From assembly GCA_039621445.1 (NCBI GenBank), contig CP154954.1, positions 13,682,387 through 13,746,386 of the forward strand: DNA of 64,000 nucleotides. The letters are read 5' to 3'. The position numbers and the translations under genes are program-made. This stretch comes from Euglena gracilis (Eukaryota). Below are positions 39,176 through 50,300 of this stretch, in pieces. The notes beneath the pieces were generated by a model. It was not told the origin of the DNA, did no database searches, and saw only the letters and a list, made by a program, of their open reading frames with translations. How positions within the stretch are numbered: position 1 is the stretch's first letter; every line of letters starts with the position of its first letter.

Positions 39176-39710
39176 GAAGCTTCCTGGTGGGGCTGCCCTT
39201 CCTCAAGGCATTTACAGACACTTTGTTAGGTTTTGTCAACCTACAAGAAAAGTTTTGGCTGGGATCATCAAGTTCCAATCTCAGAGGAGGTGAAGTCTCA
39301 ACTGAGAGATGTACGAGAAATTCTGCAGACCTGGGAGGGGGAGACCCTTCCCATGCCCAGCAACCAGACACCTGGAGTCAGACAGTTCAACCTTTGGTTG
39401 GGAAGGCCTAGACCAACAAACTGGCACCCAGTTGCAGGAATTTTGGCGAAAAATTCTCACTTACATATAAATGTAAAAGAATTGATCGCAGCCATCTCCA
39501 ATGTAAGGTCTTTGGCTAGAAAAGGGACACAGTGTCCCTAACAGTGGACAACAAAGTTTCCTACTACTATCTCCTCAAGGGGGGGGAAGACTACCCCACC
39601 TGAACAAACTCATCAGACCTTCTCTGAAGTGGTGTATGGAATTGGACATCACCCTCCAAGTTCACTGGGCTCTCTCACAAAACATGGAAAGCGATGCCAT
39701 CAGCATATGG
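39176..39710 (+). pseudogene. DIRS RNase H (fragmented)
   Basis: SQTVQP/SDSS-like start, HINVKELIAA, VDNKVS, QNMESDAIS in shifting frames. Confidence 0.7.
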
Positions 39711-39714
39711 CACC

Positions 39715-40160
39715 TCGACCCAGGGGACTACAGTTTAAACCCTTTCATTTTCAAAATAGTCATGCACATTTTACAGCAGTTCATAAACCCCAACGTGGAC
39801 ATGTTTGCATCACCAGGGAGTCACAAACTTCCTCATTTTGTGAGTCGATGGCCCCATTTTTAGGCAGTGGCCACAGACAGTTTGAACTGCCCTCTGGACA
39901 TGTTTTCAGAAGTTTATGCAAACCCTCCCTTGGTCTGTGCTGAGCCAGTGGCTCCTGAGGTTAAAAGAACACAGACATCTAAGATGCCTTCTGATTTGCC
40001 CCCTGTGGGTTTCAGCTGTGTGGTGTCCCCTGTTAGTAAAGCTACACATTCCACACACACCAGCCCTGAGAATTCTGTCTTGCCACCACATGTTCGAGAA
40101 CTGTCATGGGCAGCCCATGAAAAATCCACGGTGGCACCTGGCCTGCACTTTATTGTCAGG
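39715..40160 (+). pseudogene. DIRS Dam-like methyltransferase domain
   Basis: DYSL...VDMFASPGSHKLPHFVSRWP...VYANPP(W)...LLICPLWVSAVW. Confidence 0.8.
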
Positions 40161-41260
40161 CAGTTGTTACAAAAGCAACAGATTCCCCCCTCAGTGGTTG
40201 ACAATTTGTTAAGTCACGATCTTTCATTGGCGAGATATGACTCTGCCTTCAGGCTCCTGTGGGGAGTTTTGACCATGTCCCAGCTAGACCTCAACACCGT
40301 AAGCCCAGAATTAGTCGCTTCTGGCATCATAAAAATTTTCACCTTCAGTGTGGCCCAGGCCAGGAATGATTATAGTGCTGTGGCCCAGCTTCCTGGTTTT
40401 CACATGTTAAGGTTTTACCCCTGTTGTCCCCCTAAAAAAGACAATGGAACACATCCACCCCCAGGTATTCGTCTTTTTGGAATCCTGAATCATTACTTCA
40501 GAAGTTGGCGGCAGCACCTCCCCCAGAGTGCCTCAGTGACCTGATGGACCAAGTCACTTTAAGTTTCAGACTCATATGTTTGCATCGCTCAGTGGACTTG
40601 AGCAGAACCTTCAGGACAGTCTCCGGAGGTTGATGGCAAGATCTTTTTCTTGGTCAGAAGAAAGGGTTGGAAACAGACTCAGTGGGAGGAAATTCGCCAA
40701 ATTCCTTCAAGTCCTAATATTTGCTCCTGGTTCAACATGAAAAACTATGTCAGTTTGACATCTCACTGTGCCCCCCGGGGGACATTTAGTATGAAGTTTA
40801 AAACCTCTCTTTACCCTCCTGTCTGGAAAAACCATTGGGAGTTTGACAAAACGATTGTTGGATAAACACGGGGCACCCCCCCCAGTGGCCCCCCCACTCC
40901 ACCAGGGGGGCATGAGTGTACATGTATAAACTGGCAGGTTTGTCCTCTGAGGAAGTGTGCCAAAATGGAAAATGGAAAAATGTGCAGGCCTTTTCTTCCC
41001 ATTATTTGCGGTGGGAAGCGGGAAAAAATGTGGCGGTTACTGTCCAAAAAATGGTGCACAAAGCCTCACTGGGGTCTTGTGTGGAGCCGGAGCTGTCTCG
41101 GACTCAGGTGAAGAATGTTCCAAGAGGAAGGGACATCGAAGGCGGAGCACAAGACGACAGTGAGCCCGCCACCCCGACCCGGAAGAGAACAAAAAAGTTG
41201 GTCAGCCCCCCCCCCCAAGAAATTTCAATTCACCCACAGACAGGCCAGATGGTCCTGTAA
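40160..41260 (+). pseudogene. DIRS tyrosine recombinase (fragmented)
   Basis: ARYDSAFRLLW, RLICLHRSVDL, and C-terminal GLSSEEVCQNGKWKNVQAFSSHYLR with the candidate catalytic Tyr. Confidence 0.75.
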
Positions 41261-42888
41261 TCCCCCGAAGTCTCAAACAGAGATCGAATGCAAGTGGCCC
41301 AATCTCAAGTTGCAGAGTATGCTCATGGGTTGGTTGTGTACCTGCATACCCCCGTGATGTTGGCTTTGAAGTTTTAGCCTTCTGGTCTGTTTTCTTTCCC
41401 TGTGTGCAAATGGGCTGCACATTTTATGCACAGAAATTGACCGTTGGACGACGTCCTTTGTCAGAATAGATCTTCGGAGTTGAGCAATCCAGGGGGTTGT
41501 GTGTCTCTGGCTGTTTTCTGTGACACAAGAGGACACTACCGGTGGTTGGAATGCCGATGGTTTTCGTACGCACGCCCCCCCCCCCCCCAGGTTGAGACCT
41601 TGGGACCTCCCAGCCCCGCCCTATTGGTCTCCCAGGCAGAAGCTGAGCCCGGGCTTGCTATTCCCCTAAACTTCTCCCCCACCCCACCGGCGTGGATCCA
41701 GACTGACCAGTTTTTGTCCACGGCCTGCATTGTGCCAAAGATTGGCTTCCTGTTCCGGCCTTTTTCTGAGACACCGAAGGCGGGAAGTGAGTGACTGGTT
41801 TCAAAAGTGACTGCCTGGTCTTTTGAAACGGAAATTGACCCCCGGGTGGGGGCGGGCGGGCTTGGTTTCGGAATGGTGTCGTCCTGCCAAACACAAACGT
41901 CTCCGCCCAGCGGTCCTGCCAGCCACCCGGATGCTGCGTCTGTACATTGTCCTGCCTCCCCCCCCGCCCACCCCTGCCGGTTCAGCCCTGCCACGGCCCC
42001 TGCCTCGTTCGCCCCACGGGGGCTTGGCTGTGTTGCTTTCCTCTACCTTGCGAATTGGCTGCCCTGCTTGCCTTTGCGGGCGTTTTCCTCTACCTTTCGC
42101 CTTGGATTCCTTGCTTGCGGTTGCGTGCGCCGCTTCATCAACTGAGGACATGAACTTTCCTCCTGAGATGAACTGCCCACCGTACGGTGTGGCAGCGGAA
42201 AGGGAGTGTGCTCCGCGCGCGCAGTTCTCACAGCTTCTCGGCCCAGTCTCCATGGTTTAGTCCCTCCGTTTCCTCCGCACAGCGTGGGGTGACCTCACTG
42301 GAAAGTTTTGCATCAGGCTTTTCTGTGGATGGAGGAGTAGGTTTGGTGTGGATGTTTTTCTTTTTCCTCTGCACAGTTGGCTTTAGTGTAAAAGAAACCC
42401 AAATAACACGGCGGAATGCCAAGTTACAAGAACCATACATTTATACCCCCTGTCCAGTGTATTTGGGCACTGCTTCCAGTGCCGTTATGAATTGATGCCT
42501 CAAAAGGGCTGTCAGGCCAGACCATTCGGGCTGCGCACACTCTGGGGGTGAGGTCCTGGTTCTTTTGCCGGCTTGTTGTGTCGTTGTTTTTTGGCGGGTT
42601 CTTTCTTACTGCTTTTTTTGTCAGAGTTGGCGGATCATAATCGTCCTTCGAACGACAAAATGAGTTTCACAATGCTGTATTTACTATCTGAAGACGAAGC
42701 AAAATACAACAGTGCGTTGCGCACTTTCTTGCTGCAGTTGGAGAAAAGCGAGAGAGCTGGAGAGTGTCCCTTCAGGCTGGCCGAGACGTGGACATACGCT
42801 GCAGGAAGGCGCCACCGCCGAGAAGAAGGGGAAGCAGAAGGTCGCGACAAGCGCTGCGATGGCAGAGGGCGACGAGGAGGACGAGGAG
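41247..42888 (+). repeat. Long direct repeat, copy 2
   Basis: Aligns with 35307-36955. Confidence 0.95.
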
Positions 42889-44960
42889 TTGGTGGCGGCG
42901 GAGACAACAGCGAAGCGGCTCCCCTGGCAAGAGGATATGACCCCACTTCCCCAGGAGCTGTCGGCCTGCCTCAAGCAGGCGACGGTAGGTACAAGGTTAC
43001 CCTGGAAACACGTCCTGAACCAGCTGACGAAATTCCAGGACCTAAAAACGCGAGCTGAGGACAAAAACCACAACCAGGACACCAAGGCCCCCATTGACAA
43101 GACGCTCAAAGGGGTACAACAAAAGGTAATCCATTTGATGAGGATTATGGCCACCAACTGCTGTCAAGTGGATGCATTCCCAGAGGACTATCGAGTCCTC
43201 TCCCAGCAACTCTTCTTCGCCATGGCGGAGTTGGAACAAGGCCTTCTATGAGAACAGAAGCGTCGAAGTATATCTGCAGCAAATGTTCTTTTTCAAAAAA
43301 TATCTCCAGGTCAAGAGGACTCAGAGCCGCTGTACAGTGCTGGTATGAACACACCAGTTGGCAGGGTGGAATGGTGGCATTTTATCACCCCCACAGGCAG
43401 CCGAGGCTGGAAATTGAAAGGAGGATTTAAGGGGTTCAAAGGAGGACTCAAGGGTGGAAGACGAGGCTATGGCAGCCAAGTCTGGAGAAGTCCCTGGACA
43501 TCCAAATGGTATGGCACCCAGTCAAGTCTCATTCCTCCCTCCTGGTCCATTGCAGAACAAAGGGCAGAGGGAAGCCCTGACATCCAGGCCCCTGAAGAGG
43601 GTACAAGTCAGCCCCCAGTTTGGGGTGAACAGAAGTCAAGCCACCATGCTGGGGAAGGAGCAAGGTGCTCCTACCACACGTTCAACATCAACCAGCCCCA
43701 ACCAGGGGGCCCAGGGCCCCAACCTGCAGCAGCAGCCAGAGGAGTGGGAGAAAAGGATGGTAAACATTATCCTGAGTCAGGAAGAAAGATGGAAGGAGTC
43801 CCGTCTCTTTCATTGATTGAGGGAATGTCTCCCCTGGTGGAAAACACATGCTCACGCCAAAGTGTTGCAAATGTTTCACTTTCCACCTGCCCCAGCAAAA
43901 GAACAAGCCAGAAATTTCATTGGCCCCAGAAATTTTGGAGGACTGACAAAAAGTCAAGAGCTGTCAGAGTGTTGACAGATCCACAAAACACCAAAACTTT
44001 GGTGCCATGGTTTGTGTTGCCTAAACCGGAATGAGGGGGGGTGAAACATCGTGTCATTGCAGACCGAAGGTAACTCAATCTTTATTGTTCCCCAGAAAGG
44101 TTTACCCTGGAAAAACATCCACCATTTTTCCCCCTCCTAGCTTGAATGGGGTGCGGGAGGTGTATGCCAACCCCCCCTGGAAAGTCATAAAACCCTGGCT
44201 CTCCAAACTTTCCATGAACAAACAGGTAAAACGCCTTTTAATAACCCACATGTGGGTTTCAAGTGCATGGTGGCCCCTATTAACAAAAATGTCCAAACCT
44301 GAGGTGACAATGTTAGTGGTTCCTCCCTGCCAAGAGAGAACTGTTTGGGGGGAATCAATGCCTGGGCCAAAATAGTCCCTGGCCTGCAGCATTGTTTCTG
44401 GTTCCGTTTGGAACAGCAAAAAATGTGAAATTCACAAATTGACATTATCTTAAAAAGTACCTCCACTTTAATGAGATATGTCAGAGCCCTTAGAAAATTG
44501 TACGTGCTGCTGCAGGAAAAGGGTCTGGACCCCCTGCAAGCAACCACCTTGGACACTGTGTCCAGCATCCTGGAGCTGCACAAGATGTCGAGTGCTGAGG
44601 CCAGAAACGCTTTATTTGCTGTCACATCACTCCCTGGTTTCTACCATGTTTCTTTTCACCCTCTGCTAAAGAATGAGAGATCCTGTTGGAACAGAAATGT
44701 TCATAAATATGCAATATTTTGGGATCCCTTACCCATCCTACAGAAACTGGGGGACTGGGGGACACTATGTCCACCAGTGAGTTGATAATCAAAATAATTC
44801 TGTTGTTCAGACTTTTGGCCTTACAAAGAGGAATGCACCTGGCCAGAACACAGAGATCTCTCTCTGTGGTTGGTGAAAAAAATTGAATTTTGGTCCAGAG
44901 AAAGGGCTGGAAAGTTCCATAGTGGTAACAACTTTTGAAAAATCCTTCTCAGAGGGCAGC
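41247..44960 (+). mobile_element. DIRS/PAT-type unit 2: divergent subfamily, RT/RNase H deleted, truncated by the LINE
   Basis: gag 42712-43251; RT start LVPWFVLPK..KHRVIAD jumps to MT VYANPPWKVI (~44150); YR 44420-44900 (RYVRALRKLY, KYAIFWDP). Confidence 0.8.
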
Positions 44961-44964
44961 AACT

Positions 44965-45605
44965 GGTTAGTCTGGCCGCGTCCAGCCGCCGGCCAGACTA
45001 ACCAGACGCTGCATGGCCGGGTACAGGGCGGCGGAGAGGGACTCAAGCGTCTAGTGTCGGTCGGGGGACAGGGCGGCCACCTCTGGCGAGGCTTCCCAGG
45101 AAGTCAGGAGCTCGTTCCACGCGGAGCACTGCAGGAGGTCGGCGGAGGGGCCGTAAAGGAGGGGCGGTGGGCGGTACACGGGGGGACGCCAGTCCAGGCG
45201 TCCGGCGGAGAGGGACAGAGAGACGAAGCACGGTGAGTGACCCCCGTCGCGGAAGTCCGACTCCACGGAGGCGCCGCGGAGGAGAGGCAGGGCAGCGTTG
45301 TTGGCCAGGATGAGGTCGATCCAGGAGGCAGCCACCTGGCGGGACAGCTGCGGGGAGTGGAAGGTCATCGGGAGGGGGGCTGCATGGGCATCAGTCCACG
45401 GGGCTCCGGGACCCGTGAGGTGGGCAGAGCATGGGGCAGGGGGTACGCTGGCGACCGCTGCAACTGCTGTAATCCCGGGAGGGCAGCACGGAGCCGTTCC
45501 AGTCCCCCAGCAGCAGTGTGGGTACCTGCATGTCTAGAGAGTGCGAGCGTTGCCGAAAGCGAGGTCGAAGCTGACGCGCTCGCCACCGCCGGCCTGCATA
45601 CGAGT
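44965..45605 (-). pseudogene. LINE APE endonuclease fragment, inverted relative to its RT
   Basis: Minus-strand PTLLLGDWNG, TFHSP, SWIDLILAN, DGGHSPCFV (APE motifs GDFN, RID, SDH equivalents). Confidence 0.8.
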
Positions 45606-46226
45606 CCGTGAAGGGGGTGCACCTCCGTGGCACGCTCGCCGAGCTGCACCGGCTGGAGCTCCTGACTGCCCGCCCGCCCTGCACCGGCCCATGGCACTGG
45701 CCATGGGTCCGGTTGCTGGATTCCCTCGCCGCCCGCGGTGTCCATCTCCCCGCACGACCGTCCCTGCCCTCCGCAGCGCCATCTCCGCAGCGTCTGCCGC
45801 CCGCCGCTCCGCCCTGGACAGCGTCCTCGAATCCCACCGCCGCGCCGGCCATACCCGGAGGCGGGACGCCCTCCCCCAGCTGTGGCCTGAGCGCCCCGCA
45901 GTGATCTTCCGCTGGCTCAAAGCGGAAGCCCCTCCATTTTGCGCTCGGCCCATCCTCGACGCCTCTGGCTACCAGTGCATGACCCATGCCGCCGTCGACC
46001 AAGTGGTCCGGTCCTTCTGGGTGGATAGTGTACTATGGCAGCACGCCTCCCAGGACCGCGCAGCCCGCTGGAGCGCCTTCCTCTCCTCGGAGTTCGGCAC
46101 CCATCTGCCGACCGCCTCGTGCCCCTCGGTTCCCTGGACGGCAGAGCGGGTGCGGTCCGCCCTCTACAGCACGCGGGATCGCGCCGCACCGGGCATTACC
46201 GGCGTCCACCTGGCAGCGTGGAGGAG
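45606..46226 (+). pseudogene. LINE ORF2 linker and RT start (left of Gypsy insertion)
   Basis: AVIFRWLK...WTAERVRSALYSTRDRAAPGITGVHLAAWR (xAPGxDG-type motif); continues in frame at 62733. Confidence 0.8.
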
Positions 46227-46526
46227 TGTACGTCTGATTCCCAATTCCCAATTCCCAAAAGCCTTCGCTTTCGCCTTGGCGCACCTACTTGGGAACTGAA
46301 AATCAGAGTAACAGTAAAATCCCTTTTCCCACTTCCCAAGAAGCAAAGCACAGAGCAATGCAGGGAGGACGGACTGGATAACCAAGTCCGGTCCGGAGAA
46401 AAGGAAAGACAAAACAGAATACCACCTGTGGAGAGAGAAGGGGCACCCATTAGGAAATCCTAATAGGATCTGCTTCCATCCTAACTTCCTCAACGGAAGG
46501 GGACAGAAGCATACGCCTGGTACACA
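46227..46526 (-). repeat. 3' LTR (300 bp)
   Basis: Differs from the 5' LTR by one substitution, a 1-bp indel and one TTCCCAA unit. Confidence 0.95.
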
Positions 46527-46536
46527 TCCCCCTCCC
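46527..46536 (-). promoter_or_regulatory. Polypurine tract
   Basis: GGGAGGGGGA on the minus strand, directly before the 3' LTR. Confidence 0.85.
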
Positions 46537-47344
46537 AGGGCTATGCCCGAATTCTCCTTTGGACCAGGCATTCTGGCCACAGGGATTTCGGACACAGACC
46601 TGGTCTGTGGCAGGTGCACCCTGGCGCATCCACAGGGGCCCTTTCCGTCGCACAGGGGTCCACTCAAAGGGGGGGGCGGAAAGGAGGGGACCTAAAAAGC
46701 CCAAAACGCGCAAAATGGTTTCACCTATTCGGCGGTGGCTTATGGGTATATAGTATATTATAGCCCACTTGGGAAAATGGGGCTGGCATGTTTCCTTGCC
46801 AAGCAAACCCATCCACCCAGTTTGGGTGTGCCCAAGGCACTTGGGGTTGGGTCCATGGGCATTCCAGGAAAACCCATGGGGAGGGTGTGGAAGGAGGGGG
46901 CCTCTGACCAGTCAAACCTGGGCAGGGCGCATGGCCAGTCAAACCTGACCACGCAAAAGGAAATCTTACTCTACAAAACCAACTGCCGGCGACAGCATTT
47001 GCCCCGGGGGGAAAGTAGAGAGGAGTGGGGGGTTGTATTAGGCCAAAAAGTTGTGCTGTCTGGCAGCCTTAAGGCCTCAAACGGCCGAAAAGAAAAGAAA
47101 GGGAAAGGAAAAGAGGCCGTCGGCCCTGTGCGCTGCGTGTCGCACGCCCGCGAGAGGGGAGAGGGGAGAGGGGTGTGCATGCATGCGCACGGAATCCTGC
47201 ACATGGCAGCATCCCGGTGGGAACTTACTAGCGGCGAATACCGCAAAGGGTCTTCGAAGGGGTTGTTCGGGCGAATACCCAAACAGGGTGTCAGGCGAAT
47301 ACCTGACGAGGGTGCTGAACGCCGCATTGGCGCTCACAGACACC

Positions 47345-50300
47345 TCACCTGCCTTTATCGGCTGGGCGTTCGCGCACCTCACGCCAGTAGTCGTGTTGGT
47401 GGTCCCCTAATGGGTCCTCAACCAACTCCAGTTGGCGTGGAGAACGCGGCGGAGCTGATTCACTACGAATGGTGTTTAGCTCCGGATCGTTGACATCAAA
47501 GGAAGGGGTCTCCCAGTCCTTGATCCAATTATCCGGTAGCTTCTCCCTGGTACGTTCAGCATGATGCTGAAGATACCGTTGGAGCTGCTCCCAGAAAATT
47601 CTAGGCAGCATCACCGGCCAGATGATGTAATTCATCCGGGGATGATTCGCAGGCACCTGCGGGGGCATCCCCGGGGTCTGCTTGAAGTTGATGTCATACA
47701 TCCACCTCGCTGTCCGAGCTCTTGCGGTATGGGGCCGTAATACAGCCGCCAACCAACCTCTGAAGTCCACCAAATCGTGTTCTTCAGGAGGCCACAGTGG
47801 CAAGGCGTATCCGCCATGCTGACGCTTGGAGAACAGGGGGTAAACCTGTGTCTCCCAGTCGCCATCAGTCCAGAGGTAAGGCATTCTTGCCTTGGCGTGT
47901 TCTTCGACGGCGAGGCGCATTGCCCCAGCGTCGATCTGGAACTCACGGGCCATTCCCGTGTGGCGGTAGCTTTCTACCTTTCGGAAGTCGGAGTGCTTCA
48001 GGCGGCCTTCCACCTGCTTGTACTCCTTCTTCCACTTCTCCAGTGTCTCCCAGTGCTGAGGGACAGTGGTGGTGACTGCTCCATCAGCAGTCTGCACGAA
48101 CTTGGCTCCTATACAGTTGATGCACAAGGCAGGGATATCCCTGTCTTGAGCATTCTCACTGTAGGAGTAGTTCAAGCTGTGCTTCCACGCGTTCAGGCAC
48201 TCGCCACATACGAGCGCCACACAGTTCGGCACATATGCCCTGTGATGGAACCACGAGGATTGCACCTGCCGCTTGCACACATGCACAAGCGGTTGGTTGT
48301 GCCGCACATGGTGGCACACGGTGCACGTCCAGGCAAAGGACGTGCCGTGATGGAAATACAACACGCAGTCCTCACCAAAGTACTGTGCCAGTACTCTTGG
48401 TGAGCGCCTATTCCAGAATGTCCAGGTATGTTCCGGGGCATAATGGAAAGGTTCTCCTCGGACGAAGAGGGGCTGAATCCATTGATTCAGTGACCCTTTC
48501 TGGTGCCTAATAGCAGCCAGTTTCTTCGTCCTCTCTTCCACGGTGCCTAGTCTGGTCAGGATATCCTGAGTCCAGAGCTGGGCATCCGCAGACACGGGAG
48601 GAGAAGCAGGTTCATCCTCCTCCTCATCCGTCGATCCGGTGGAAGATTGGGCCTGTCGACCACGAGCCTTACCTTTCGGTTTGCTCTGGCCGTACCCGGA
48701 CGATGCAACGGCCGAAAAGTCGTGCATTGTCGTAGGGCCTTTTGGCTGTCCGCCAGTCTGACCTCCAGCGCCACCTTTCGGTGGTGGTTTTCCATCACCG
48801 CCTTTGGCAGGGGGCTTACAGGGTGCAGCACCCGGTTTGCCTCCTTTCGGCTTCGCACTCCCGGAATCAGGAGGCGACGCCTGCGGCTTACTCCTGGTAT
48901 CAGGAGCCGATGGTGCCGGAATAGACGTTTGCCATCTGGGCGAAGCGGGCATCCTGACCGCTGGGTCGCGCATGACGCTCCGAGGGGTCGGCACACGTTC
49001 CTGGGGTTGTTCAGCCGGCCGTCGCCGAGCAGGTTCATCCTGTCCGACGAGGCGTGGCACTGTGGTCGTCATCGGAATCGGTGCTTCCACAGGCGCTGGC
49101 GCTCCCAGAAACTCTGCCATTGTCCTCGGGACGGCAGGGACCCTGCGCGGTGTCGGTGGTCGTGGGGGTATCTCCTCCACTTCCATTTCGACATCCGGTC
49201 TAGGAGGTTGATCCTCCACAACCGCTGGCGCAGGTGCTAAGGGAGGTTGATCCTCCGCTGTAGCTGGTGCGACAGATGGCTCTGTCGGCTGGGGATCATC
49301 CCCTGAAGATGGTTGCACTGCTGCCGAAAATGGGGGTGCGGGGACACCGACATCTGGTGTCTCCACGACCTCAGCGGCGGAGCTTGATGCTACGCCTCCA
49401 CCTCGTGGCGTTAGTGCAGCAGCCACGGCAGTAATGCCGGTGACTACGGCGCCGAGCACACGGCCTCCTAATGAGGTGCGTGCTGCGGGGCTGGTAGGTT
49501 CTTCGAGGATATCCTCGACGACCATACCAGTCACCTCGGCTGGAGGCTCAGCCGTTGGAACAGGCGTAGCAGCCACAGGCATATCCCCTGCGGGTGCTTC
49601 GTCTGGCCTATGCTGTGCCAGAGTAGGCAGAGCAGCGTAGAGGATATCCTCCACGTTCTCACCTACCTCCTCAGGAAGTTCCTGATCTCCACCTACGGGT
49701 GGACAGACAGAAGCCGCCGCGGGAGCCGGGGAAACCGAACGTTCCCCTTCCGCTCGCGGGGAAGAGACGAATGATACAGCCGTTCCTGTCGGAGACGGCG
49801 GCGCTGCCTCCAGGATGGTAACGGAGGGGCTGCGGTCGCGTTCCTCCCGCCGCGGAATCGCGGTGGTGGAAGCGACTGACGCCTCACGTCTCCTTCGCGC
49901 CAGAGGTTCATCCTCCGGGGCGATGAAGGCGCACAGATCCTCGGGCGAACGAGGATCGTCGGGGTGCCATCGGCATCCCTGAGCGTCCGCCAGCCTGTAA
50001 AAGGCCAGCGTACTGCTGCTGGCGCTGTTGGGCTAGGGTGGCGGCCATGATGGCTGCACCCAGGCGTTGGCAGGCCTGTTCGGGCCCAGGAAGTCGCGGT
50101 AACGCGTGTCTTCCCAGACCTCGAAAAAGCCCTCCTCGAACTCCTGAACGCATGCCAGAATCGGCATACGCTGTTCGAGGATGGCCTTCCGGTGACACAT
50201 CAGCGGAAGGAATACCTCCCGGTCGAGGGTACCGCCAAACTGCCGCCGCAAATGTTCCTCCAGGGTGATATCGGCCAGGTGCCAGTTGGGGCGCAGGTGG

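Larger units (their letters stand above)
35307..41246 (+). mobile_element. DIRS/PAT-type tyrosine-recombinase retrotransposon, unit 1 (decayed)
   Basis: Domain order gag - RT - RNase H - methyltransferase - YR, with frameshifts and stops; bounded by a ~1.65-kb direct repeat. Confidence 0.85.

Noticed and set aside
37780-39411. 543-aa ORF as an independent gene
   Set aside because: It overlaps the RT in another frame and has no recognisable motifs. At most its start belongs to gag or pol.
35307-42888. Treating the 1.65-kb direct repeats as LTRs of an integrase-type element
   Set aside because: No TG..CA ends, TSD or integrase. The repeat runs into gag and the element encodes a tyrosine recombinase.
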